Positions 10,539 through 22,367 of a stretch of DNA of 64,000 bases are shown here, piece after piece. The notes under the pieces are model-generated. The model ran no database searches and was not told the origin of the DNA. It worked only from the letters and a program-made list of their open reading frames with translations. Each line of letters starts with the position of its first letter. Position 1 is the first letter of the stretch. The translations under genes were made by a program, and so were the position numbers. Source of the DNA: Dendrobates tinctorius (lineage: Eukaryota); assembly GCF_039654945.1 (NCBI RefSeq), contig NW_027361925.1, positions 6,076,001 to 6,140,000 of the forward strand. The letters are read 5' to 3'.

Positions 10539-13345
10539 ATGCCACCCAAGACAGCAACCAGGTGCAGGAGAAGGCAGGAGACATCTGCAGCAGCACCATC
10601 AGCACCACCCCAATTGGAGCAGCATGCTGAACAACGGGAGGGGAGTCCAGCAGCAGATGAGAGACGGTAATTATCAAATCCCCCATTCCTCCAAACTAGG
10701 GCTATTGAATATCAAGATATTCATTGGCCCTTTGTTTCTCTTTATTCAACAGCCGCCCAATAGATGCAGCAGCAGCAGCAATGGCAGCAGCTGGAACACC
10801 ACCCACAGGCATGGAGTGTGGCCACCAGGAAGACAGCACATCATCTTCTGGGAGCCCTCCCTCGCATCGTCAGCGTTTGACGGTAAGTTTTTATTTCCAA
10901 AATCCATCATCTCTGTAATATATGTCTATTCATGGCCTTTTATTTCAAAACAGGAATCACAAGATGAAGAGGAGCTCCCAGAAGAAGAAGGAAGGGGTGG
11001 ACAGACACCTGGAGTGGGCTCACAATTGGTAAGTTTTTTGCATCAAACGCAGAAACACAACATCACACTACACACAACACATAGAAAACAATGTTCTGCA
11101 GACCACACACAGCAAACAAATGCCTACATCCAAAGACATAACTTTTTTTGTTTTCTTCTCTAGTCTTCCCAATCTGGTGCTCGGCCAAGAGGTCCTCGCA
11201 GTGCCTCCCAGGGTCGTCGGCGACAGCAACGCGACAGTCACCAGCGTGTAAGTATAAATATTTTTGCTTTGTTTTTTTGCACTTTTTATTTCATTTCTTT
11301 TGTGGAGGCTAATTATGTTATTTTTGTCTTTTTCTTTAACAGCCTTCACAGCGTGCTCCCGACTCTGACGTTGAGGATGGAGGGATTGATGTGGACCGCC
11401 TCATCGATCTCGTCAGAGAAAGGGAGCCGCTCTGGAATATGGCTGACCGCCGCCACGCTGACCTGATCGTTACCCGACGACTCTGGGAGGAAATCTGTTC
11501 GCTCCTTGTGGGCCGCTGGGAGGACCTCGATGCTCGGGCCCAGATTAAAGAGCGTAAGTATATACAGTACCGGTTGCTTGATTTAAACCAGTGTTTCCCG
11601 AACTCCAGTCCTCGTGGTCCCCACGGATCATGTGTTCAGGATTTCTACTTACTATGGAAATCCTGAAAACATGACCCCTGGGGACCATGAGGACTGGAGT
11701 TTGGGAAACACTGATGTTGTATACTAACCACTCCTTTCTCGTTTCAGGGAACAGAATTGTGAATCGGTGGCGGTCTGTGAGAGATCGTTTCAAGAAGGAG
11801 TTCAATAAAGAGATGCGGGCCCCGAGTGGATCTGGAGGACGCAGGAGCAAGTACAAGTACGCAGAAGCCCTGTCGTTCCTCCGGGAAACAATGGTCACCA
11901 GAAGGTAAATATTACACACCACATGTGAAAAAAAATGTTAGATGTAAATTTTTTTTTCAGCCAGGGCCATACCATGTCACTATTTTAATTGTTTTTTTTT
12001 CTCTTTATTCCACAGCACGGTGAGCAGCACTCGGGAGCCGTCACGATTGGACCCTTCTGAGGCGATCCCTGAGGAGACCGGCACCGAGGGACACTTCGAC
12101 CGCCCCGGTACATCTGCACCTTCCCAGCCTTCCAACACATTCGACCCATCTGTCCCATCCACCAGCACAGGAGCATCGTGGCCGCCTACATTACATGAAG
12201 CTGCTGGTGAGGAGATCGTTTTCCCTTTACCCCACCCTTCTGCCCCTGCCACCTCTAGTACACCTGCGGGTACTGGGCGGCAGCGGCAGAGGGGTCAGGA
12301 AAAGACTTATGCGCCAGAGTTCTTGCATCTGAATGCATCTTTCCAGAACTGTCTAAAAGTCTTGTCAGAGCAAATCTCCGCAGGCTATCAGCAGATCAAC
12401 TCCAGCATTCTGGAGGTGAAGACACTTCTGCAAACCATGCATTCAGAAGCAAGATCTTCGCCAAACCACACCTTTTTCAGGTCTGTTGTGGAGCGCATGG
12501 AAACGCTCTCTCCTGCCCAGCAGATGCATGTAATGCATTCGTGCCACGGTGCTCTCCAGCAAGTTACCTCCCAACCTCCTCCTCCTCCCACCACAGTAGT
12601 TCCTCCACCTGCACCCCCTCCAGCCACTTTCCATCCTCCCCCTCCTATTACATCTACACCCCCTCCAGCCACTTTCCATCCTCCCCCGCCTATTACATCT
12701 ACACCCCCTCCAGCCACTTTCCATCCTCCCCCTCCTATTACATACCATCCACCTCCAGCCACTTTCCATCCTCCCCCTCCTATTACATACCATCCACCTC
12801 CCCAGCACCATCCACCTCCCCAGCACCATCCACCTCCCCAGCACCAGCAACCTCCCCAGCACCAGCAACCTCACCAGTACCAGCAACCTCCACAGTACCT
12901 GCAAACTCCCCAGTACCTGCAAACTCCCCAGTACCAGCAACCTCCCCAGTACCAGACATCTCCCCACTTCCAGCAACCTGCCCCGTACCAGACATCTCCC
13001 CACTTCCAGCAACCTGCCCCGTACCAGACATCTCCCCACTTCCAGCAACCTGCCCCGTACCAGACATCTCCCCACTTCCAGCAACCTTCCCCGTACCAAA
13101 CTCCTTCCCCATACAACTTGCCATCAACATCATCTGCTCCTACAGTCCCTGCCCAACCCTCCACTCCACCACCCACCACCTCTTCTGCTTCCCACATGTC
13201 CACCCATTCTGTAGTTTTTTCCACACCTTCACCTCTAACTGTTCCTTCCCCACCACGATCCCAGTCCTCTCTCCACACTCCCAGTGTCGAAGTGTCCCGC
13301 AGCCCCTACAGCAGTATTTCCACCACACACTACACAGAATTATAA
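10539..13345 (+). CDS. Harbinger Myb/SANT-like (MADF) + BESS-like DNA-binding protein, 704 aa; exons 10539-10666, 10753-10882, 10954-11028, 11164-11247, 11343-11553, 11748-11904, 12016-13345
   Basis: All six introns GT-AG and phase-compatible (2115 nt total). MADF signature LIDLVREREPLWN...RRLWEEI...RWRSVRDRFKKE...YKYAEALSFL. BESS-like SPNHTFFRSVVERMETLSPAQQMHVM. TATA-like CATATATAAAA ~40 bp upstream; AATAAA at ~13358. Confidence 0.85.
11589..11713. mobile_element. Palindromic hAT-like MITE inside intron 5 of the MADF gene
   Basis: CAGTGTTTCCCGAACTCCAGTCCTC...GAGGACTGGAGTTTGGGAAACACTG, near-perfect foldback; no clear TSD. Confidence 0.7.
12610..13110 (+). repeat. Coding tandem repeats (PPPATFHPPPPIT x4; PPQHH/PPQY; YQTSPHFQQPAP x4)
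   Basis: Direct inspection of DNA and translation of ORF 12020-13345. Confidence 0.9.
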
Positions 13346-13841
13346 TGTGTGTATTTAAATAAAAATGACCAGTTTTATGGTTTCAGTTTTATAGTTTCAA
13401 AGTTTTATTAAACAAGTTTATTAAAATTTTAAAAAAGTTTACTAAAAAAAACATTTTTCAATAAAAGTTAAATTATTTTACACTGGTTGTCTGTCATTTC
13501 TTTCTGCGGCGAAAAAGGTTAAATACAGGGTATTTAAAAGGTGAAATGGTATTCAAAACTAGGTATATAACTGTGGGTAAATTTTAGCTTTTTGCCACAG
13601 TTGTGTTCCTGGTTGTGTTTGAAGCAAAGTATTTCACCTAAAAAGTTGTGTTTATTGTTGGTGATTTCCTAACAATGTACACAACTTTTGTTAAAAGGTG
13701 AAATACTTTGCATAAAACACAACCAGGTACACACCTGTGGCCTAAAGCTAAAAATAGAGACCATGACAAGATAGCCAACTTTGGTTGGCAAAGGTATATA
13801 CTGTTGGTACAGAAGGTACACAAGTTTGGGGCACAAATCTT

Positions 13842-15220
13842 TCACACTCTGTCATCCTGCCAGTGTACTCTGCCTTGAGGTGACATAAAGTATAGTGCAA
13901 AATTGTCCCTCAGTACTGAAACCGTCACAGAACTTCTAGTGGTAATGTCATGGTAATCTTGCAAGGTGGTTTCTTCAGAGGTGTCCTCAATGGAAATGGG
14001 TTCCTTGCAGATAACAAAATTGTGGAGTACCACGCATGCTTTGATCACCTCGTCCACAGTTTCTGTCTTGAGGTTGATCGCAGTCAATAGGACCCGCCAT
14101 TTGGCTGTCAGAATACCAAAGGTACATTCAACCATTCTTCTTGCTCTTGTGAGGCGGTAATTAAAAATGCGTTTTGGTCTTGTCAATCCTCTGCTAGAGT
14201 ACGGTTTCAAAAGGTGTTCTGACAGCTGGAAGGCTTCATCCCCTACACAGACAAATGGCATAGGTGGACCAGATGTTTGCGGCAGCGGTCTAGGTGGTGG
14301 GAACTGGAAGGTGTTTCCATACAGTTTACGCCCCATGGCAGACAGTTTCAAAACTTGAGAGTCATTGGAGCGGCCATAGGCCCCAATATCAACCGCAATA
14401 AATTTGTATTCCGCATCAGCGATGGCCATGAGGACAATTGAAAAATATTTCTTGCAATTGAAATATTCCGATCCCGATCCGGCTGGCTTTACAATGCGGA
14501 TATGTTTCCCGTCCACAGCGCCCAAGCAGTTGGGAAACTGACATATCTGTTGAAACTTGTCAGCAATTTCAATCCACCTCTCTGTTGTGGGCTCTGGTAA
14601 AAACTCTTCAGCTAAGGAGTCCCACAGTGCACGGCATGTGTACTTCACAATTCCAGATATGGTGGAAATCCCGAGTCTGTACTGGAAATGCAGTGACGAA
14701 AGGGATTCTCCAGTTGCAAGAAATCTGTGGGGAATTAAAAAACAATTAGTTTTAAATCACAGCATTACATACCAAAACTGAGCTATAACACTTGGAGATA
14801 CAAACTACCACCAACAAGATTGCAGTGAAAGTGTGCTCTGATGCGATCACATCCAATAAATGTGGCTTACCTTAAAGTCACCATCAGACGCTCTGCGGGT
14901 GAAACAGAGAAGCGGCAATAGGTGTCCGCTTTTCTTATGAGGTGTGCAATGCGCTCCACCAAGTAATCAAAATTCTCCATTTTCATCCGAACATATCCAA
15001 AAAATGTATCCGGGTTTCGTCGAAGGTCCATGCATAGTGTAGAATAGACCCCACGCGTCATTCTCTTGGCTGTGATGGGGTGGATCCACAAACGTCGTCT
15101 ACGATGCCTGATGTGCTGCTGTCTCGCTCTCTCCTTCTCCAGAACAATCACCCTCAAACGATTCGCCTCCGCTGTAAAATCCGCCAAATTCTTCAAAATA
15201 TTTCCAATCACAACATCCAT
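13842..15220 (-). CDS. Harbinger (HARBI1/ALP1-like DDE) transposase, 410 aa; exons 15220-14871 and 14724-13842
   Basis: GT-AG intron, 350+883 nt open frame; motifs WIHPI, ERLMVTLRFLATG, GAVDGKH, VGDEAF, RMVECTFG give an intact D-D-E triad. Confidence 0.93.
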
Positions 15221-15608
15221 CTTCGCCAGTAACTTGCTCTTCTCTCCAACCTGCACTTTCTCCTCTACAACCTGTCAAAGAAGGGATGTAGGAACACGCT
15301 ATATATAGTTTTCCAGTAGCCAATCCCGTTCGGAAGGCCACAAGGGTCAATTTTAAAAACCGGATCCGGCGTAATCCGTCGAAAAACGGATAGAAAAACA
15401 GATGAACCGGATGAGACGGATCCGGTTTTGTCTGTCAAGAAAAAGACGGATCCGGCAGAAAACCGGATCCGTCACATCCGGTTTTACTAAACATTTGCCG
15501 GATCCGGCGTTCCGGCACGACGCCGGAACGCGCCTGACACCGAAAACCTGATGTGTGAAAGTAGCCTAAGTCACAGGCGAGAACATTACATATAATTGCT
15601 GATGATAA

Positions 15609-15682
15609 CCAGTAGGTGGCAGTGTTGTGCAAATTACATAGGCTATAACTGCAAATGTTTTGTTCAACACTAGGTGGCAGTG
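15609..15682 (+). promoter_or_regulatory. Two tandem CTCF-like motifs
   Basis: CCAGTAGGTGGCAGTG (15609-15624) and ACACTAGGTGGCAGTG (15667-15682) resemble the CTCF core CCASYAGRKGGCRS. Confidence 0.55.
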
Positions 15683-15723
15683 TTGTTGCATATGGAGGTG
15701 ACCTTGATAAAAGTACCGCTTAG

Positions 15724-15751
15724 TGACGTCACATCCCGCAGAAGATGGCGG
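15724..15751 (+). promoter_or_regulatory. MRPL16 core promoter: CRE and YY1 motif
   Basis: TGACGTCA (15724-15731) and AAGATGGCGG (15742-15751), typical of TATA-less promoters of nuclear-encoded mitochondrial genes, just upstream of ATG 15807. Confidence 0.65.
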
Positions 15752-15806
15752 TGTGCTTGTGAATAGAGTACCGTTTCCTCTCAGCTCACTGACTGACCGA
15801 CCGACT

Positions 15807-15861
15807 ATGGCACTGTCCCTCTGGAGCCGGGTGACCGGGCACTGTCGCCTCCTGCTGACAG
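15807..15861 (+). CDS. MRPL16: MRPL16 coding exon 1 (mitochondrial presequence MALSLWSRVTGHCRLLLT)
   Basis: ATG in good context, AG|GTGGGT donor, phase 1 matches exon 2; Arg/Leu-rich and acid-free, like a targeting peptide. Confidence 0.75.
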
Positions 15862-16320
15862 GTGGGTATCACCGGTAGATGCATTTCACCCAGTACATTT
15901 TCAGCCTTGGACATGGAGATATACGCGGCTGCCGGTAAAGCTGTTTTGTCACTAGAGGCCTACCTGTTCCGTGCTGCGTGTCCCCAGAACCCTGCCCTAG
16001 CTCCTCTGGCGGCCATTTTCTCAGAGACAGATATAACATTGTCAGTATATAGTGGAGCGCTGACATAATGGCTCCTGTGTATGGGACGTAACGTGTGTGT
16101 CGTGCGGTCTTACTGCCTTGGCACTAAAAATGCCAATAGCGCATTATATGAAGCGTTAGGGGGCATTATACATGACTGGTATAAAGGAAGAATGTCCTCT
16201 GTTTCATAGATTGTCAGTAGTCTCACAAGGGTATGGGCAAATGTCAGGGAAGTATGAGGGTATCAAAGTTGACAAAATCTGTGCCCTTCTATGCCACATA
16301 AGTCCAGGATAAGCCCAACA

Positions 16321-19300
16321 GGCCCTACTGAATAGCCCCACATAGCACGGGGCACCTGCGGGCACTACTGAATAGCCCCACATAGCACGGGGCACCTGCG
16401 GGCACTACTGAATAGCCCCACATAGCACGGGGCACCTGCGGGCCCTACTGAATAGCCCCATATAGCACGGGGCACCTGCGGGCCCTACTGAATAGCCCCA
16501 TATAGCACGGGGCACCTGCGGGCCCTACTGAATAGCCCCATATAGCACGGGGCACCTGTGGGCCCTACTGAATAGCCCCATATAGCACGGGGCACCTGTG
16601 GGCCCTACTGAATAGCCCCATATAGCACGGGGCACCTGCGGGCCCTACTGAATAGCCCCATATAGCACGGGGCACCTGCGGGCCCTACTGAATAGCCCCA
16701 TATAGCACGGGGCACCTGCGGGCCCTACTGAATAGCCCCATATAGCACGGGGCACCTGCGGGCCCTACTGAATAGCCCCATATAGCACGGGGCACCTGCG
16801 GGCCCTACTGAATAGCCCCATATAGCACGGGGCACCTGCGGGCCCTACTGAATAGCCCCATATAGCACGGGGCACCTGCGGGCCCTACTGAATAGCCCCA
16901 TATAGCACGGGGCACCTGCGGGCACTACTGAATAGCCCCACATAGCACGGAGCACCTGCGGGCCCTACTGAATAGCCCCACATAGCACGGGGCACCTGCG
17001 GGCCCTACTGAATAGCCCCATATAGCACGGGGCACCTGCGGGCCCTACTGAATAGCCCCATATAGCAGGGGGCACCTGTGGGCCCTACTGAATAGCCCCA
17101 TATAGCAGGGGGCACCTGTGGGCCCTACTGAATAGCCCCATATAGCACGGGGCACCTGCGGGCACTACTGAATAGCCCCACATAGCACGGAGCACCTGCG
17201 GGCCCTACTGAATAGCCCCATATAGCACGGGGCATCGGCGGGCACTACTGAACAGCCCCATATAGCACGGGGCATCGGCGGGCCCTACTGAACAGCCCCA
17301 TATAGCACGGGGCATCGGCGGGCCCTACTGAATAGTCCCATATAGCACGGGGCACCTGCGGGCTCTACTGAATAGCCCCATATAGCACAGGGCATCGGCG
17401 GGCACTACTGAATAGCCTCACATAGCACGGGGCACCGGCGGGCACTACTGAATAGCCCCATATTGCACGGGGCACCTGCGGGCACTACTGAATAGCCCCA
17501 CATAGGACGGGGCACCGACGGGCACTACTGAATAGCCCCACATAGGACGGGGCACCGACGGGCACTACTGAATAGCCCCACATAGCTCGGGGCACCTGCG
17601 GGCACTACTGAATAGCCCCACATAGCACGGGGCACCTGCGGGCACTACTGAATAGCCCCACATAGCACGGGGCACCTGCGGGCCCTACTGAATAGCCCCA
17701 TATAGCACGGGGCATCGGCGGGCACTACTGAATAGCTCCATATAGCGCGGGGCACCGGCGGGCATTACTGAATAGCCCCACATAGCGCGGGGCACCTGCG
17801 GGCACTACTGAATAACCCCACATAGCACGGGGCACCTGCGGGCCCTACTGAATAGCCCCATATAGCACGGGGCACCTGCGGGCCCTACTGAATAGCCCCA
17901 TATAGCACGGGGCACCTGCGGGCCCTACTGAATAGCCCCATATAGCACGGGGCACCTGCGGGCCCTACTGAATAGCCCCATATAGCACGGGGCACCTGCG
18001 GGCCCTACTGAATAGCCCCATATAGCACGGGGCACCTGCGGGCCCTACTGAATAGCCCCATATAGCACGGGGCACCTGCGGGCCCTACTGAATAGCCCCA
18101 TATAGCACGGGGCATCGGCGGGCACTACTGAATAGCCCCATATAGCACGGGGCACCGGCGGGCACTACTGAATAGCCCCATATAGCACGGGGCACCTGCG
18201 GGCACTACTGAATAGCCCCATATAGCACGGGGCATCGGCGGGCACTACTGAATAGCCCCACATTGCACGGGGCACCTGCGGGCCCTACTGAATAGCCCCA
18301 TATAGCATGGGGCACCTGCGGGCCCTACTGAATAGCCCCATATAGCACGGGGCACCTGCGGGCACTACTGAATAGCTCCATATAGCACGGGGCACCGGCG
18401 GGCACTACTGAATAGCCCCATATAGCACGGGGCACCTGCGGACCCTACTGAATAGCCCCATATAGCACGGGGCATCGGCGGGCACTACTGAATAATCCCA
18501 TATAGCACGGGGCATCGGCGGGCACTACTGAATAGCTCCATATAGCACGGGGCACCGGCGGGCACTTCTGAATAGCCCCATATAGCACGGGGCATCGGCG
18601 GGCACTTCTGAATAGCCCCATATAGCACTGGGCACTTCTGAATTGCCCCATATAGCACTGGGCACCGGCGGGCACTACTGAATAGCCCCATATAGCACGG
18701 GGCATCGGCGGGCCCTACTGAACAGCCCCATATAGCACGGGGCATCGGCGGGCCCTACTGAATAGTCCCATATAGCACGGGGCACCTGCGGGCTCTACTG
18801 AATAGCCCCATATAGCACAGGGCATCGGCGGGCACTACTGAATAGCCTCACATAGCACGGGGCACCTGCGGGCACTACTGAATAGCCCCACATAGGACGG
18901 GGCACCTGCGGGCACTACTGAATAGCCCCACATAGGACGGGGCACCGACGGGCACTACTGAATAGCCCCACATAGGACGGGGCACCGACGGGCACTACTG
19001 AATAGCCCCACATAGCTCGGGGCACCGGCGGGCACTACTGAATAGCTCCACATAGCACGGGGCACCTGCGGGCACTACTGAATAGCCCCACATAGCACGG
19101 GGCACCTGCGGGCACTACTGAATAGCCCCATATAGCATGGGGCACCGGCGGGCCCTACTGAATAGCCCCACATAGCACGGGGCACCGGCGGGCCCTACTG
19201 AATAGCCCCACATAGCACGGGGCACCTGCGGGCACTACTGAATAACCCCACATAGCACGGGGCACCTGCGGGCACTACTGAATAACCCCACATAGCACGG

Positions 19301-22300
19301 GGCACCTGCGGGCCCTACTGAATAGCCCCATATAGCACGAGGCACCTGCGGGCCCTACTGAATAGCCCCATATAGCACGGGGCACCTGCGGGCCCTACTG
19401 AATAGCCCCATATAGCACGGGGCACCTGCGGGCCCTACTGAATAGCCCCATATAGCACGGGGCACCTGCGGGCCCTACTGAATAGCCCCATATAGCACGG
19501 GGCACCTGCGGGCCCTACTGAATAGCCCCATATAGCACGGGGCACCTGCGGGCCCTACTGAATAGCCCCATATAGCACGGGGCACCTGCGGGCCCTACTG
19601 AATAGCCCCATATAGCACGGGGCACCTGCGGGCCCTACTGAATAGCCCCATATAGCACGGGGCACCGGCGGGCCCTACTGAATAGCCCCATATAGCACGG
19701 GGCACCGGCGGGCCCTACTGAATAGCCCCATATAGCACGGGGCACCGGCGGGCACTACTGAATAGCCCCAAATAGCACGGGGCACCTGCGAGCCCTACTG
19801 AATAGCCCCATATAGCACGGGGCACCTGCGGGCCCTACTGAATAGCCCCACATAGCACGGGGCACCTGTGGGCCCTACTGAATAGCCCCACATAGCACGG
19901 GGCACCTGTGGGCCCTACTGAATAGCCCCACATAGCACGGGGGACACCTGTGGGTCCTACTGAACAGCCCCACATAGCACGGGGCACCGGCGGGCACTAC
20001 TGAATAGCCCCACATAGCACGGGGCACCGGCGGGCACTACTGAATAACCCCACATAGCACGGGGCACCTGCGGGCCCTACTGAATAGCCCCACATAGCAC
20101 GGGGCACCTGCGGGCCCTACTGAATAGCCCCACATAGCACGGGGCACCTGCTGGCACTACTGAATAACCCCACATAGCACGGGGCACCGGCGGGCCCTAC
20201 TGAATAGCCCCACATTGCACGGGGCACCTGCGGGCACTACTGAATAGGCCCATATAGCACGGGGCACCTGCGGGCCCTACTGAATAGCCCCATATAGCAC
20301 AGGGCATCGGCGGGCACTACTGAATAGCCCCATATAGCACGGGGCACCTGCGGGCACTACTGAATAGCCCCATATAGCACGGGGCACCTGCGGGCACTAC
20401 TGAATAGCCCCATATAGCACGGGGCATCGGCGGGCACTACTGAATAGCCCCACATTGCACGGGGCACCTGCGGGCCCTACTGAATAGCCCCATATAGCAC
20501 GGGGCACCTGCGGGCCCTACTGAATAGCCCCATATAGCACGGGGCACCTGCGGGCACTACTGAATAGCTCCATATAGCACGGGGCACCGGCGGGCACTAC
20601 TGAATAGCCCCATATAGCACGGGGCACCTGCGGACCCTACTGAATAGCCCCATATAGCACGGGGCATCGGCGGGCACTACTGAATAATCCCATATAGCAC
20701 GGGGCATCGGCGGGCACTACTGAATAGCTCCATATAGCACGGGGCACCGGCGGGCACTTCTGAATAGCCCCATATAGCACGGGGCATCGGCGGGCACTTC
20801 TGAATAGCCCCATATAGCACTGGGCACTTCTGAATTGCCCCATATAGCACTGGGCACCGGCGGGCACTTCTGAATAGCCCCATATAGCACGGGGCATCGG
20901 TGGACACTACTGAATAGCCCCATATAGCACGGGGCACCTGCGGGCACTACTGAATAACCCCACATAGCACGGGGCACCTGCGGGCCCTACTGAATAGCCC
21001 CATATAGCACGGAGCACCTGCGGGCCCTACTGAATAGCCCCATATAGCACGGGGCACCTGCGGTCCCTACTGAATAGCCCCATATAGCACGGGGCATCGG
21101 CGGGCACTACTGAATAGCTCCATATAGCACGGGGCACCGGCAGGCATTACTGAATAGCCCCATATAGCACGGGGCACCGGCGGGCACTACTGAATAACCC
21201 CATATAGCACGGGGCACCGGCGGGCACTACTGAATAGCTCCATATAGCACGGGGCACCGGCGGGCACTACTGAATAGCTCCATATAGCACGGGGCACCGG
21301 CGGGCACTACTGAATAGCCCCATATAGCACGGGGCACCGGCGGGCACTACTGAATAGCCCCATATAGCACGGGGAATCGGCGGGCACTTCTGAATAGCCC
21401 CCTATAGCACTGGGCAATTCTGAATTGCCCCATATAGCACTGGGCACCGGCGGGCACTTCTGAATAGCCCCATATAGCACGGGGCATCGGCGGGCACTAC
21501 TGAATAGCTCCATATAGCACGGGGCACCGGCGGGCACTACTGAATAGCCCCATATAGCACGGGGCACCTGCAGGCCCTACTGAATAGCACAGGGCACCTG
21601 TGGGCACTACTGAAAAACCCCACATAGCACAGGGCACCTGTGGGCACTACTGAATAGCCCCATATAGCACGGGGCACCTGCGGTCCCTACTGAATAGCCC
21701 CATATAGCACGGGGCACCTGCGGGCCCTACTGAATAGCCCCATATAGCACGGGGCACCGGCGGGCACTACTGAATAGCCCCATATAGCACGGGGCATCGG
21801 CGGGCCCTACTGAATAGCCCCATATAGCACGGGGCATCGGCGGGCACTACTGAATAGCCCCATATAGCACGGGGCATCGGCGGGCACTACTGAATAGCCC
21901 CATATAGCACGGGGCATCGGCGGGCACTACTGAATAGCCCCATATAGCACGGGGCACTGGCGGTCACTTCTGAAGAGCCCCATATAGCATGGGGCACCGG
22001 CGGGCACTTCTGAATAGCCCCATATAGCACGGGGCACCGGCGGGCACTACTCATTAACTCCATATAGCACAGGGCACTGGCGGTCACTTCTGAAAAGCTC
22101 CATATTGCACGGGGCACTGGCGGGCACTACTGAATATCCCCATATAGCACAGGGCACTGGCATGCACTTCTGAAGAGCCCCATATAACACGGGGCACTGG
22201 CGGGCACTACTGAATAGCCCCATATAGCACGGGGCACTGGCGGGCACTACTGAATAACCCCATATAGCACGGGGCACTGGCGAGCACTTCTGAATAGCAC

Positions 22301-22335
22301 GGGGCACCGGCGGGCACTACTGAATAACCTCACAT
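16321..22335. repeat. ~6-kb minisatellite, 40-bp unit GGGC(A/C)CTACTGAATAGCCCCATATAGCACGGGGCACCTGC, about 150 copies, in MRPL16 intron 1
   Basis: Direct inspection; homogeneous at the 5' end, progressively diverged at the 3' end. Confidence 0.98.
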
Positions 22336-22367
22336 AATACAGGGAAGAAGCTATGCACCTCGGCATA

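Larger units (their letters stand above)
10105..15566. mobile_element. Full-length two-gene PIF/Harbinger DNA transposon (copy 1)
   Basis: TAA TSD at 10102-10104 and 15567-15569. ~46-bp TIRs GGC(CT/TA)CTTTCACACATCAGGTTTTCG. Subterminal CCGGATCCGG palindromes at both ends. Convergent Myb/MADF gene and DDE transposase gene. Confidence 0.96.

Noticed and set aside
10471-11163. 230-aa ORF (and its 249-aa twin at 51325-52074) as a separate gene
   Set aside because: It runs across introns in mostly the wrong frame; the spliced MADF model explains the region.
12388-13362. Overlapping alternative-frame and antisense ORFs
   Set aside because: By-products of stop-poor coding tandem repeats.
13842-15220. 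Domesticated host gene HARBI1
   Set aside because: Flanked by TIRs and TSD, paired with a MADF gene and present in two near-identical copies, so it is a transposon gene.
15745-15762. ATG in AAGATGGCGG as the MRPL16 start
   Set aside because: Closes after five codons (MAVCL*); better read as a YY1 motif or short uORF.
21960-22200. Hammerhead ribozyme in the satellite (CUGAAGA followed by a GCCCC/GGGGC stem)
   Set aside because: The required GAAA after stem II and the stem I/III pairing are absent; most units read CUGAAUA.
16321-22335. CRISPR-like array, or coding ORFs on the - strand
   Set aside because: Contiguous tandem units with no unique spacers and no cas genes in a eukaryotic context; the ORFs arise only where a CTACTG->CTTCTG variant removes a stop.
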